Below the pieces are notes generated by a model. That model saw only the letters and a list, made by a program, of their open reading frames with translations, made no database searches and had not been told where the DNA came from. The translations under genes were made by a program, and so were the position numbers. Source: Eledone cirrhosa (lineage: Eukaryota). Taken from it: a DNA stretch of 64,000 nt. This document shows positions 12,511-33,651 of the stretch, in pieces. The stretch spans positions 248,682,001-248,746,000 of the forward strand of contig OZ024743.1 of assembly GCA_964016885.1 (NCBI GenBank), read 5' to 3'. Within the stretch, counting starts at the first letter, position 1, and every line of letters starts with the position of its first letter.

Positions 12511-12837
12511 AGGTATATCTTTTTATTTTCAATTTTTTTTTTAGGTTTCCCCTTCAATTTTTTTTTTTCATTCTGCCTTCTTTTCTTTTTCGTTCTGTCG
12601 TTGTCTTCTCTTACACATGATATATATTTCACTCTGCTTATCCCTCCTTTCTATTCCCACCCTACCACATCACGCCATATAGTAGAAAGGGCCCTTCTAT
12701 GAGCCTGTGTCACAAAATTGCATCTAGTACATCCTGTAAGGTGGTTCGTGGTAGGGTGCGGAAACGTAGGTAAGCAAAAGGCCTGTAGGGAGAATGGATG
12801 TTAAATGATGATACTTTGTTGACTTCAAACAAATAAT

Positions 12838-12946
12838 TATTTCTATTTTTGGTACAAGGCCAGTAATTATCCCAGTGCATTACTGGTGCTTTATTTTATC
12901 GACCCCGTAAGGATGAAAGGCAAAGTTAACCTCGGCGGGATTCAGA
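12838..12946 (-). mobile_element. SINE, truncated copy of the 9135 family
   Basis: ACAAGGCCAG..TTTTATCGACCCCGTAAGGATGAAAGGCAAAG. Confidence 0.85.
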
Positions 12947-13249
12947 CCTGCCAACCTCTAAAAACCCAAACGAGGAGTACTATGAAAAAAAGTAACCCAA
13001 AACGGAACGAAATGAGGCAAAATGAGGAGATTTTACATAATGAAAGCTATACCCATTTTTGCCAGAGAAGACGTGTCTCACCCACTCCAAAGTAGGTGGT
13101 AGATCTGCCCGTCGGACGGCGAGAATTAACAGGTCTGATATACTGACACCGTCGTACGAAGAATTTACTTCCTATTGGAATCACCCCGTTTAAGTAGTAG
13201 CATTAAGTGGTAATACTGGTGCCCCTTACATTACTAAATAATCTACATA

Positions 13250-13448
13250 CGAAGGTCGGCTGAAAAGTTCACAAGCCGACTATGAAGGAGTGATGCTAGA
13301 GCTGGGAAATCTTACAGGTGTTAATTTCAACTCTTCTTATTAATAACTACATTTTTTTTCCCCAGGGACTATGTTAAAAAAATAAACCTCATTTAATCGT
13401 TCCATGAGAGTATCTTGGTCAGTCTGTGAACTTTAAAGCCGACCTTCG
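13250..13448. mobile_element. Tc1/mariner MITE
   Basis: ~31-bp imperfect TIR CGAAGGTCGGCTGAAAAGTTCACA.. / ..TGTGAACTTTAAAGCCGACCTTCG, flanked by TA on both sides. Confidence 0.88.
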
Positions 13449-13659
13449 TATGTGTATATGTGCATACATTTATGGTTTTGCAAACACACACATACTGTTT
13501 TCTATAAGTAAAGTATCGATGCTACTTCGCTGTCTTTCAATAACCTTGAATTTTCTTCTTCGCGTCAATGTCAATTCATCGGACAGTATTTTACAGACGA
13601 CGTCTTTGTTGAATGGATATGAACGTACATATGTACTGTACTTCATATATACTTGTATA

Positions 13660-13720
<61 letters not shown>

Positions 13721-13758
13721 TGAAATGTAGCCGTTTCAACGTAAATGACTATAATAAT

Positions 13759-13937
13759 TGTTTCTACTTTAGGCACAAGGCCAGCAATAATCCAGTACAT
13801 TACTGGTACTTTATTTTATCGACCCCGTAAGGATGAAAGGCAAAGTTAACCTCGGCGGGATTTGAACTCAGACTGTAAAGGGACGTAACTATGCTAGAAA
13901 GCATGGCGTCCAACCCTCTACTGCCAATTCCCCGCCT
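13759..13937 (-). mobile_element. SINE (9135 family) with 18-bp TSD
   Basis: TSD GTAAATGACTATAATAAT at 13741-13758 and 13938-13955. Confidence 0.92.
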
Positions 13938-14209
13938 GTAAATGACTATAATAATGGTCGATCACTATACATAATGGTTGAGAAAATCGGGTAAAGCACC
14001 CCTGGAAACTGAGACTTTGGATAGACACGCACACACATATATATGTGTGTGTATGTGTATCTCTGTGTGTGTGTATGTACAGAGAAAGAGAGAGGGGGTG
14101 ACGAAGAAGCAGATACTCGGACAGTCAAAGAGAGAAAAAAGCGTGAAAGAAAGTGACTAAGAAAAGGAATACACAAGAAAAGAAATGAGAAATTTACGTA
14201 ACTAAGCAT

Positions 14210-14270
<61 letters not shown>

Positions 14271-14401
14271 AAAGTGAGGTTTTTTTACAACTGCGAAAGA
14301 GAGGTTTTTTTATTAACTACGAAACCGGTAAAGGAACCAAATAAATATATATATTTTTTTAAAAAATAAGACTGCAGTTGCATTTTAGATTTCATCTTTT
14401 T

Positions 14402-14471
<70 letters not shown>

Positions 14472-14504
14472 GTATATATATATATGTATATGTATATATA
14501 TATA

Positions 14505-14780
14505 ATTAAGTTAAAGTGTACATCTATATATGTATACGGAAGAATTAGTATGCATATAAATACACATATGTATACATATGTACATGTACCGAGCTTTTCA
14601 CTAGACACTTTACAGTGAGTGTCCAGCTAGTCTGTATGTAAACAGACGAACCGGGTTTTAAAGTCATACGAGTTTTCAAGGAAACACATTTCCTCTATTC
14701 TCCAGAGAGCCAGACAGGAATATTGGACTAGTTTCGATGTTATTACATCTCATCAGCAATATATACCTATCTTTCCGGCT
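14505..14780 (-). mobile_element. PLE pseudo-LTR-like repeat, diverged relative of 17103-17946
   Basis: Colinear similarity from AATTAAGTTAAA to CAGCAATAT..ACCTATCT; contains a hammerhead. Confidence 0.8.
14720..14762 (-). ncRNA. Minimal type-I hammerhead ribozyme
   Basis: AUAUUG-CUGAUGA-GAUGU(AAUA)ACAUC-GAAAC-UA-GUC-CAAUAU. Confidence 0.85.
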
Positions 14781-14786
14781 AGTAGG

Positions 14787-15911
14787 ATGGTTAGATTTAA
14801 ATCTAACCATCCTACTAATATCAAGAATGCTATAGTTAGTAATATTGGAAAAAGAATATCTAACCTATCTTCTAATAAAAACATCTTTGATGCTAACGCC
14901 AATTACTATAATAACGCACTTTCTAAAGCCGGCTATCCTGATAAAATCAAATATAGTAAAGAAACAAATTCTAGAAGAACTTACAGTAGAATAATTAATC
15001 ATGATCCTTCCAATAACTTTAATAAAAGACCTAGATACAAAAACATAATCTGGTATAATGCTCCTTTCTCCATCTCTATTAATAACAATATTCCTAAATT
15101 ATTCTTTAGTGCCTTAAATAAATGCTTCCCTCCCTCACATATCTATAGTAAAATATTTAACAAACACACCATAAAATTTTCTTATTCTACATCCTCCAAT
15201 ATTTCCAACATTATCTCTAAACACAACAATAAAATACTAAATACTAAATTTCTTCCTTCCAACACTGAATTTCATAATAATAGTAATAGTACTCCCGACG
15301 TCATTGTAAACCCTAGGCTAATTTCTGCAAACCCAAATACAACGTCAAACACAACTTCGCTAAATGTTCATAATCCAACTCTAAATCAAGAAACTATTAT
15401 TCCTATCGCAAACAACTTCTCCAATCCAATTCCTTCTATAGATAACACTAGGTCACTCATTAATAATCTCTCTAATTGCAATTGCAATTGCCCTATTAAA
15501 AATAAATGTCCTCTCAACAACCATTGTCTTGATAAAAACTTAATTTATGAATGTAAAGTTATAACTAACACCAATTCCTTCACCTATTTTGGCTCCACTT
15601 CCACCTCTTTTAAAGCTCGTCTCTATAATCATCATTCATCTTTTAAATACAAACTTAAAAGAACCAACACGGCTCTCTCAGAACTCATATGGTCCTTGAA
15701 AGAAAAAAACATTAAATATACCATCTTTTGGAAGAAGGTTTCTTCTGCGTCTTCATACTTGAACAGCTCTCTATCTAAAATCTGCAATCTCTGCCTAAAT
15801 GAAAAATTTACCATTATCTCTAATCTAGATTCTATAATAAATAGACGAACTGACTTGTTTTCTATCTGCTTGCATAAATTCCATAAAACATTTCACAAAG
15901 TATACAGCTAA
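14787..15911 (+). pseudogene. PLE ORF C-terminal part (RT thumb, linker, GIY-YIG endonuclease), 5'-truncated
   Basis: SNHP, IIWYNAPFS, KIFNKHTIKFSYS, CPLNNHCL, LIY..YFG, R..NH, CNLCLNEK, NRR..SICLH. Confidence 0.88.
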
Positions 15912-16756
15912 TATTCAATTCTTTATCAATTTAGAATCTTTTTCTCAAAGACACATATACATACACCTCTTTTAAAATATACCCATCTTCCTACCTTATT
16001 TCAAAGGGTATTATACACTCTATAATACTTGTTTACTCATTACCCTTACTCTATTTTCACCTTGTAAAATCCTTCGTAACATATACATTTGTTTTGACGC
16101 CAGATTATTCATCCTTAATTCATTACTTTTTTCTCCCTATCATCTAACTCATTCTCAATACATATTAACTCTTTCTTCGCACATATTATCAATTCCTTCA
16201 ATATACAAACCTTAACTTCACATTATTTTTCTCAAATCCTTCAATACACAAACCTTAATTTTTTTTTCTCTTCGTTAATTTTCAAATTTCCATAATGCTT
16301 GTAAGCATACACACTTTTTTTGACGTTAGAATATTCATCCGCAATTCATTATTATATTCTCTCTATCATCAAACTCATTATTCTAAATACATATTAACTC
16401 CCTCTCCTTCGTCGCACATATTTTTCCCTTCGTTAATTTTCAAATTCTTTTAATTTATACATTATCTTCCAACGGTTTTCAACCTCTCTATGTAAAACAA
16501 TATATCTTTCTCAGTTATAAAAACTATCTCTCTCTCTCTATCACCTATCTCTCCTCCTGTCTCATCCTTCCTCATTATATTCCTCCCTCTCATCTCACCT
16601 TCACTCTCATCTCCTCCTCTTTATTTCATCCTTTCCACCCCCCCTCTAAATAAAATATTTTTCCCAATATCACACATCAATCTAAAACTACTTCTCATAT
16701 GTTGATTTAAAACTGCACTATCCACAAGTATTTTTTAGCCTTCATATCATGTCCTC

Positions 16757-16829
16757 CTGTTTTATCTGATGAAAACACAAATATTATTGCATGATGATGT
16801 TTGTTTTTGAAATGCGCATAATAAAATAG
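16757..16829 (+). ncRNA. Type-I hammerhead in the 3' pseudo-LTR of the PLE
   Basis: CUGUUUUAU-CUGAUGA-long stem II-GAAA-UGCGCA-UA-AUAAAAUAG; overlaps AATAAA. Confidence 0.8.
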
Positions 16830-16874
16830 ATGGAACTCCTTTAACCATCTTTTGTTCTTATATATTATATATAC

Positions 16875-16909
<35 letters not shown>

Positions 16910-17326
16910 CATATATATACATATATATACATATATATATATACATATATATATATACATATATATATATACATATATATATATACATATATATATATAC
17001 ATATATATATATACATATATATATATACATATATATATATACATATATATATATACATATATATATACATATATATATATACATTTATATATATATATAT
17101 ATACAATTAAGTTAAAAATGTACATCCATATATGTATACTGAAATACTAGTATGCATATGAATACACACACGTATACATATGTAGATGTACCAAGTCTTT
17201 CACTGGTTACTTTACTGTGAGTATCCAGCTATTCTGTATGTAAACACACAGACAAACCGGTTTTTAGAGTCATACTGGTTTTTTGAGGAAACACCTTTCC
17301 TCTATTCTCCAGAAAGCCAGACAAGG

Positions 17327-17371
17327 AATATTGAACTAGTTTCGTTGTTGTTACAACTCATCAGCAATATT
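17327..17371 (-). ncRNA. Minimal type-I hammerhead ribozyme
   Basis: AAUAUUG-CUGAUGA-GUUGU(AACA)ACAAC-GAAAC-UA-GUU-CAAUAUU. Confidence 0.8.
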
Positions 17372-17792
17372 TACCTATCTACCGGCCCTTCTGGAGAATC
17401 GTAAAAGCACATATCGTTATATGCTTTTTCTATGAAAATTAGTAGTGGGCAGACCAATTTGCATAGAGTGTGAGTACGTACCGGTTCAACGGAGACGATA
17501 AAAACAAATAACGAAACGAAATTAAATTTCGTTTCGTTTGTAACTCACTTTTGTATGACTGACGCTTAAACAATTAAGTTAAAAATGTACATCCATATAT
17601 GTATACTGAAATACTAGTATGCATATGAATACACACACGTATACATATGTAGATGTACCAAGTCTTGCACTGGTTACTTTACTGTGAGTATCCAGCTATT
17701 CTGTATGTAAACACACAGACAAACCGGTTTTTAGAGTCATACTGGTTTTTGAGGAAACACCTTTCCTCTATTCTCCAGAAAGCCAGACAAGG

Positions 17793-17837
17793 AATATTGA
17801 ACTAGTTTCGTTGTTGTTACAACTCATCAGCAATATT
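17793..17837 (-). ncRNA. Minimal type-I hammerhead ribozyme, second copy
   Basis: Identical to 17327-17371. Confidence 0.8.
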
Positions 17838-17946
17838 TACCTATCTACCGGCCCTTCTGGAGAGTCGTAAAAGCACATATCGTTATATGCTTTTTCTATG
17901 AAAATTAGTAGTGGGCAGACCCATTTGCATAGAGTGTGAGTACGTA

Positions 17947-21454
<3,508 letters not shown>

Positions 21455-21654
21455 NNNNNNNNNNNNNNNNNNNNNNNNNNNNNNNNNNNNNNNNNNNNNN
21501 NNNNNNNNNNNNNNNNNNNNNNNNNNNNNNNNNNNNNNNNNNNNNNNNNNNNNNNNNNNNNNNNNNNNNNNNNNNNNNNNNNNNNNNNNNNNNNNNNNNN
21601 NNNNNNNNNNNNNNNNNNNNNNNNNNNNNNNNNNNNNNNNNNNNNNNNNNNNNN
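21455..21654. other. Assembly gap (200 N)
   Basis: Run of N. Confidence 0.99.
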
Positions 21655-23390
21655 ACATATCCGGGTGTGGGTGGTTTGTCCGGGATTACTTGGAGGAATT
21701 TGTCCAAAGACTTCTTGAATTTTGTGTGGTCAGTTTCTGTTTTGACGTGTCCTGGTGTGATGTTGAAGAGAGCAGGGCCGATTGAGGTGAAATAATTGTG
21801 CCGTATTGTTGTTATGAGTTGCGATTTAGATTTTTGAATGGGACGGTTAGCACGGGGCCCAAGCCTTGGGTGTATCTTGAAGGCGATGCCAACATCATTT
21901 GGGCAGTGATGATGGAACATTTTCCACATCATGCAGATAATATAACGCTCACGGCGACGTTGGAGTGAGTAAAGTTTCAGGTTTTCCAATCGACCCCAGT
22001 AGTCAAGGTCTGACATGCCATCTATCTTTTTCGTGATTGCCCTTTGAGGAGCTTCAAGTTTCATGATACTTTGTTTCGTGTGGGGAGACCACAGTGGACA
22101 ACAGTATTCAAGGTGTGGTCGGGCGAAAGTAGAGAAGAGAAGGATAATGGTGCGGGAATCTCTCGACTGGAAGGTTCTGAGGATCCAGGAACACATTCTG
22201 CGGGCCATGTCAACTTTGCTGCTTATATGCGTGGTCCAGCTTATGTTGCTGTCCACGGTTACTCCCAAGTCTCTGATGTTGTTAGATGCCACGAGAGTTT
22301 CCCCGGAGGGAAGGGAGTACGGGAGTTTCAGAGCATCCTCTTTTCCAAAGTGGATCAGTTCGAATTTGTCTTCGTTCACTAACATGTTGTTCTTTTCTGC
22401 CCATTGGGTAACAGCCAGTAGGTCTGACTGAAGGCTTATCCGGTCATCCACGCCATTGATGACCTTTTGGAGCTTGGAATCATCAGCGAAAATTTTAATG
22501 TTGCTGTGTTTGATGGTGTCAGTGATGTCATTAATATAGATGATGAAGAGAAGTGGGCCCAACACAGTGCCTTGTGGGACTCCACTACTGACTTTGGCTG
22601 GGCTTGATTTGACTCCCTCAACTACAACATGTTGGGTTCTGTTTGACAGGAAGCTCTTGATCCACTGCAGCAGCTTTCCAGTGACACCAATATTGGACAG
22701 CTTTCTCAGTAGAATGTTATGATCAACCCTGTCAAAGGCCTTGCTGAAATCAAGGTAGATAACATCAGTGTTGGAACCCTCTCCCAAGGCTCTCAAAATG
22801 TCATCAAAGTGATGCAGTAGTTGCGTCAGGCAATCCCTTCCATTACGGAATCCATGCTGGTTGGAGTTCAGCATATTGTTACTCTCAAGGAAGTGGGTCA
22901 TTCGCGATCTCACCACTCGCTCAAATACCTTAATGATATGAGAGGTGAGTGAGATTGGACGGTAATTCACGGCAAGGGATTTGTTTCCCTTTTTGAAAAC
23001 TGGGACAACAGACTGGGATAGAAGGTTTTCTGGCACATATCCAGCATCCAGTGAGTTCCGCCACAGATTGGCAAGAGGAGAAGCAAGTTGGTGTTGACAC
23101 GCCTTCAAGACACAAGCAGGGAACCTATCGGGACCTACTGCTGAATTATGCTTGATTTCCTTTATTGCCGCCAAGACATCAGGGGCGCCAAACGTTATGT
23201 CCGATAAGGTGTAATGGGGAGTAACATCGCCGATACAGCCCAGATCGGCCATATCAGGATTGCTGAAAACAGAGCAGTATTGTTTCTGCAGTATCTCACC
23301 CATGGTTTTAGCATTGTCTTGAAGAGTGCCATTTTCATCAATTAGAGGGCCACAGTAGAGCCAGTGATTTTGTGTTTTTTTGCAAATGAA
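21655..23390 (-). mobile_element. CR1/L2-group LINE RT with open frame, 5'-truncated, 3' end lost in the gap
   Basis: [61 protein letters not shown]. Confidence 0.92.
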
Positions 23391-23407
23391 AAGAACATAT
23401 ATATACA

Positions 23408-23481
<74 letters not shown>

Positions 23482-23516
23482 CATATATATATACATATAT
23501 ATATATATATACACAC

Positions 23517-23550
<34 letters not shown>

Positions 23551-23562
23551 ATATACATATAC

Positions 23563-23727
<165 letters not shown>

Positions 23728-23756
23728 CATATATATATATACATATATATATATAC

Positions 23757-23800
<44 letters not shown>

Positions 23801-23817
23801 GTATATATATATACATC

Positions 23818-25400
23818 ATTGTACGACAACTAGAGGAGAAATACCTAGCTAAAAGTAAACCCCTCTACTTAGCTTTTGTCGACTTGGAGAAAGCCTTCGA
23901 CAGAGTCCCCCGTTCCATTATCTGGTGGGCCCTAAGAAAACGAGGTGTCGACGAATGGCTTGTGAGAGCTATACAAGCCATATATAAAGAAACAGTCAGC
24001 AAGGTTAGAATTAACAACGAATATAGTGAAGAGTTTAGCGTAAAAGTTGGCGTCCATCAGGGCTCTGTTCTCAGCCCCCTACTATTTATTATTGTCCTTC
24101 AGGCTATAACAGAGGAGTTCAAGACCGGCTGCCCATGGGAACTCCTATACGCAGACGACCTAACACTCATAGCTGAATCAATGGCCGAGCTAGAGAAGAA
24201 ATTCCAAACATGGAAGCACGGCCTAGAATCAAAAGGCCTTAAAATTAATCTGGCTAAGACCAAAGTTCTAGTTTGTAGGAAAGAAATTAAGGCGGCGGTC
24301 CCACAGGTAAGCTAACTAAGAACATAGATTTCACATGTGGCCGCTGCTCTGGTGCAATAAGTAGCAGCAAGTGCCCACAAAATACTAGCTCTTTCAACTG
24401 CGCAGAGGGATCTATAGAAATAGTGGACAGCTTCCGTTACCTGGGTGACAAAATCAGCAGTGGGGGAGGGTGCTCTGAAAGTACAGTAGCTAGAGTCAGA
24501 ACTGGATGGAAAAAGTTCAGAGAGCTTATACCACTATTAGCCGCTAAAGGGTTCTCCCTAAAAACGAAAGGCAGGTTGTATGATGCCTGCATACGAACTG
24601 CAATGTTGCATGGCAGTGAGACCTGGGCATTGTGTGCAGAGGATATACGCAGACAAGAGAGGAACGAAGCTTGCATGCTTCGCTGGATGTGTAATAGTAA
24701 TATACGTGAACGGCAAAGCATAAACAAACTAAAGAAAAAATTAGGAATAAGAGGGATCAGATGTTGTTTACTCGAGAGAAGGCTACGTTGGTATGGACAC
24801 GTGATGCGCATGAAAGTCGATAGCTGTTTAACAAAGTGCAGGGCAATAAAGATAGACGGTAGCCACGGAATAGGCAGACCTAGAAAAACCTGGGACGAGC
24901 AGATAAACTCCGACCTCACACACTTACACCTCTCCAAGACAATGTCACTGGACCGAGACCTTTGGCGGTACTCAGTAATAGAGAAGACCCGCCTTACCTA
25001 AATACATAGTAAAACCTACTACAGTCAGTAGGCACCTCTAACAAAATACACCCCCGTCCCACCACCCCCACCCCACCCACACCTCCCCCTTCTATGTAAA
25101 GTTATGTTGGTGCCACACCATCCAGGCCGAAACAAATGAGATCGTGTAGGTGTCACGACAAAAAAACACACAGTCCACGCTGTAATGTGGCCGTGTAGGC
25201 AACACGGTAAAAACCTCCCAGACCCACACTGTAAATGTGGTTGGTGTTAGGAAGGGCATCCAACTGTAGAAAACCTGCCAGACAGTCCTATGCGAGCAAG
25301 ACAATCACTCTTGCCTCAAGTGGGAAAACCCCCGTCCAAACCCATGCAAGCGTGGAACACGGACGTTAAACGTTGGTGATGATGATGATGATGATGATGA
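23818..25400 (+). mobile_element. RTE-clade LINE 3' portion with internal deletion near 24310, 3' UTR and (GAT)n tail
   Basis: [57 protein letters not shown]. Confidence 0.93.
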
Positions 25401-30335
<4,935 letters not shown>

Positions 30336-30940
30336 TGGTGGCTGCCAACTCGTTTTCGAGTACGGCCAGTACTTTATATCCATGTAGGAGAACCGCTACC
30401 GAAGCGCTGAACGAGTGTGACTTTTTAGTCCAGCCAGCGACTTGAAAACTCTGGTACAAACACTACACTTGTGACAATTATTGACACATAGTGCTGGGCC
30501 CATGGTACCATGTGACGACAAGTGCAGAGAGATCTCCAGATATAAAGCAATGCCCTGTGAAGCTTTTATAGTGAGCAAAGGCACTGCACAAAGCCAGTCC
30601 CACTCTCTTAACCAAGATGATATTTACCAAAAAGAAGAACAATTCAACATCATTGGATACCATCAGGGTTGCAGGTGTTATATCAGAGTTTTCCTTCTCC
30701 TAGAATTCTGCCTTGACAAAGGCTAAGGGGTCATCTCTCCCGGTGATTTTGGATGGCTATTGACTCTTAAGAGCCCCTTTGCCCTTTGACAGGTTTTGTT
30801 TTTAGTCCTGCAGGATGTCCAAAGCCACCCTCCTCACCAAGAAACCTTGGTGGGGTTGCCAGTTTAGTCGCCAACGACCCGACCATGAGACAGGTTGTAC
30901 TGGCATACATGTTACCAATAGCACCAACTGGTGACCTGAC
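30336..30940 (-). mobile_element. Short internally deleted RTE/BovB-type element (5' UTR joined to C-terminal C2H2 finger and 3' UTR)
   Basis: TAGCCTT..AAGGCAG..TCTAGGAGAAGGAAAACT recalls RTE 5' UTRs; [17 protein letters not shown] then stop; bounded by microsatellites. Confidence 0.65.
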
Positions 30941-31741
<801 letters not shown>

Positions 31742-31956
31742 TAGTGGGAGAATAAACAACCAAAATGTTTGAAAAAATATTTATTCGTTCACAATTGTTT
31801 CAAAGGCCAAATCACAATACGATCCATAAGAACGAGACATATCAATATTTGAATAATTAAGCATAGGTGATTATATATATATATATAATCACCTATGTAT
31901 ATATACATATATATATATACATATATATATATACATATATATATATATATTCATAA

Positions 31957-32490
31957 ATGTTCATCAATACAACCCCTAGAGGCGAACTAGCCTACAAATT
32001 TAGAAGAGCCCTAAAGAAACATAATCTCAATATTAAGATAGTAGAAAGACCTGGTACCTCCGTAAAAACACTTATTAGCAAGACATACCCGTTCCAAAGA
32101 CCCTCATGTATAGATAAGAAATGTATAACCAGTAAAATAAGCCCCCATATTAACTGTAAAACTAGAAATGTAGTATATAGCATAAGATGTACTGAAGGAC
32201 AATGTAGAAACAAAAATATAGTGTACATAGGTGAGACAGCTCGTAGTATAGGGGAACGAATAAATGAACACTGGCGAGACCTCCAAGATAGTAAAGAATC
32301 ATCTGTGCTCTACCAACATGCTAAGATAGAACACAGGGGTAAATTAGAGAGCATAGAAATAAAAATAGAATCCACACACAAGAAAGACGCAATGTTTAGG
32401 CAAATTACAGAGGCAGTAAGCATAAAAGAATTAAAACCAAAATTAAATAGAAAATATGAGTGGAACAGCAACATCACAACTTACAATTAA
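31957..32490 (+). pseudogene. PLE GIY-YIG endonuclease C-terminal fragment, possibly Naiad-like
   Basis: IKIVERPG, NVVYSIRC, YIGETARSIGERINEH, RQITEAVSI, LNRKYEW. Confidence 0.85.
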
Positions 32491-32787
32491 GGACAAAATG
32501 AAAACACACACACACATAGAACAAACAACTTACAATTGAAAACACACACAAAATGAAAACACACACAAGACAAAATGAAAACACACACACACATAGAACA
32601 AACAACCAACCAACAACAAATAAATAAATAAACAAACAAATATAAATAGAAAAATAGAAAAATGAACACAAACACACACAGACACCCGGATGTGGCGCAT
32701 GCGCAAATTGAACACGCAACCCACACACAAACAAAATGGCGTAGGATAGAAGAAAGGAAAGGCACAGAAACGAAGAAAGAAATCCCC

Positions 32788-32832
32788 AGTCACTGAAGAG
32801 GTCACAGAGTGTGTGACGAAAGAACTATGACT
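32788..32832 (+). ncRNA. Type-I hammerhead in PLE 3' pseudo-LTR
   Basis: AGUCA-CUGAAGA-G-GUCACA(GAGUG)UGUGAC-GAAAG-AA-CUA-UGACU. Confidence 0.75.
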
Positions 32833-33014
32833 ATATATATATAAACAACTATCTGGTTGTGGAACCAACCAACCAACCAGAAATTTATAAATTTGTAAAT
32901 TTATAAATATATATTAAATTAAATTGAAGTGAAAGCAACTGGTGCGTGTGTTTCTTATTGGCAACATGACCCTCCCAAAGTATAACAATATATAAGCTTA
33001 ATTTAATGTATATA

Positions 33015-33060
33015 CTAGTGGACCCGTGTCGTCAATAATGACGGCAATAGCGTTTGAGCG
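33015..33060 (-). mobile_element. Helitron-like 3' terminus; element probably extends to ~33400
   Basis: Minus strand CGTCATTATTGACG hairpin followed by ..CACTAG|T. Confidence 0.45.
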
Positions 33061-33406
33061 TATTTAGTGTTTGGACTCACGAATTGGTACGCCATATATA
33101 CCAGGATTACCGGATATATGAACGATCGTACAACCTGGGAAATTTTATTTTGATAAATTAATAGTTTGCATAAGAAAAGCCTTATAGTTTATGTTAATTA
33201 CTGACGTGTGAAAGTGATTAAAGATAAGAATATTTTAATTTATTTCTAGGATGTAATTACATAAATGTTCAGTATGTATGTACAAATGACATACAGGCTT
33301 CAATGTATGAGTAACTTTGGAAAAATAACTATTTACAGGAACAAATGTAGGATTAGAAATCAGGACCTTGTGATTGGAAGACGTGTGTAGGTAAATTTTA
33401 AGGAAT

Positions 33407-33454
<48 letters not shown>

Positions 33455-33542
33455 CCGAAGGAAATGTGGTAAGGAGCCAGGTGGACCATAACGCACCAAA
33501 GTACTCAATACTTAGGGTAGTAGAGTGGGTAATAGGAACGGA

Positions 33543-33651
33543 TAGGACCCCGACGGTTGAGCTCAAGCCGTTTCGACGGCTAATTCTGGACTAAAAACTT
33601 TAGTCCAGAATTAGCCGTCGAAACGGCTTGAGCTCAGCCGTCGGGGTCCTA
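33543..33651. repeat. Near-perfect 53-bp inverted repeat with 3-nt loop
   Basis: TAGGACCCCGACGG...GGACTAAA-AAC-TTTAGTCC...CCGTCGGGGTCCTA, one mismatch. Confidence 0.95.

Larger units (their letters stand above)
17103..17946 (-). mobile_element. ORF-less tandem (1.8 x ~466 bp) hammerhead-bearing element, non-autonomous PLE derivative or retrozyme-like
   Basis: 17103-17480 and 17570-17946 near-identical; flanked by (TA)n. Confidence 0.8.

Noticed and set aside
14268-14405. Hammerhead (GAAACCGGTA then AATAAA)
   Set aside because: No CUGANGA or stem I partner; at most a remnant
31957-32790. Selenoprotein-type (Naiad) PLE with SECIS
   Set aside because: No in-frame TGA in the surviving ORF and no SECIS recognisable by eye
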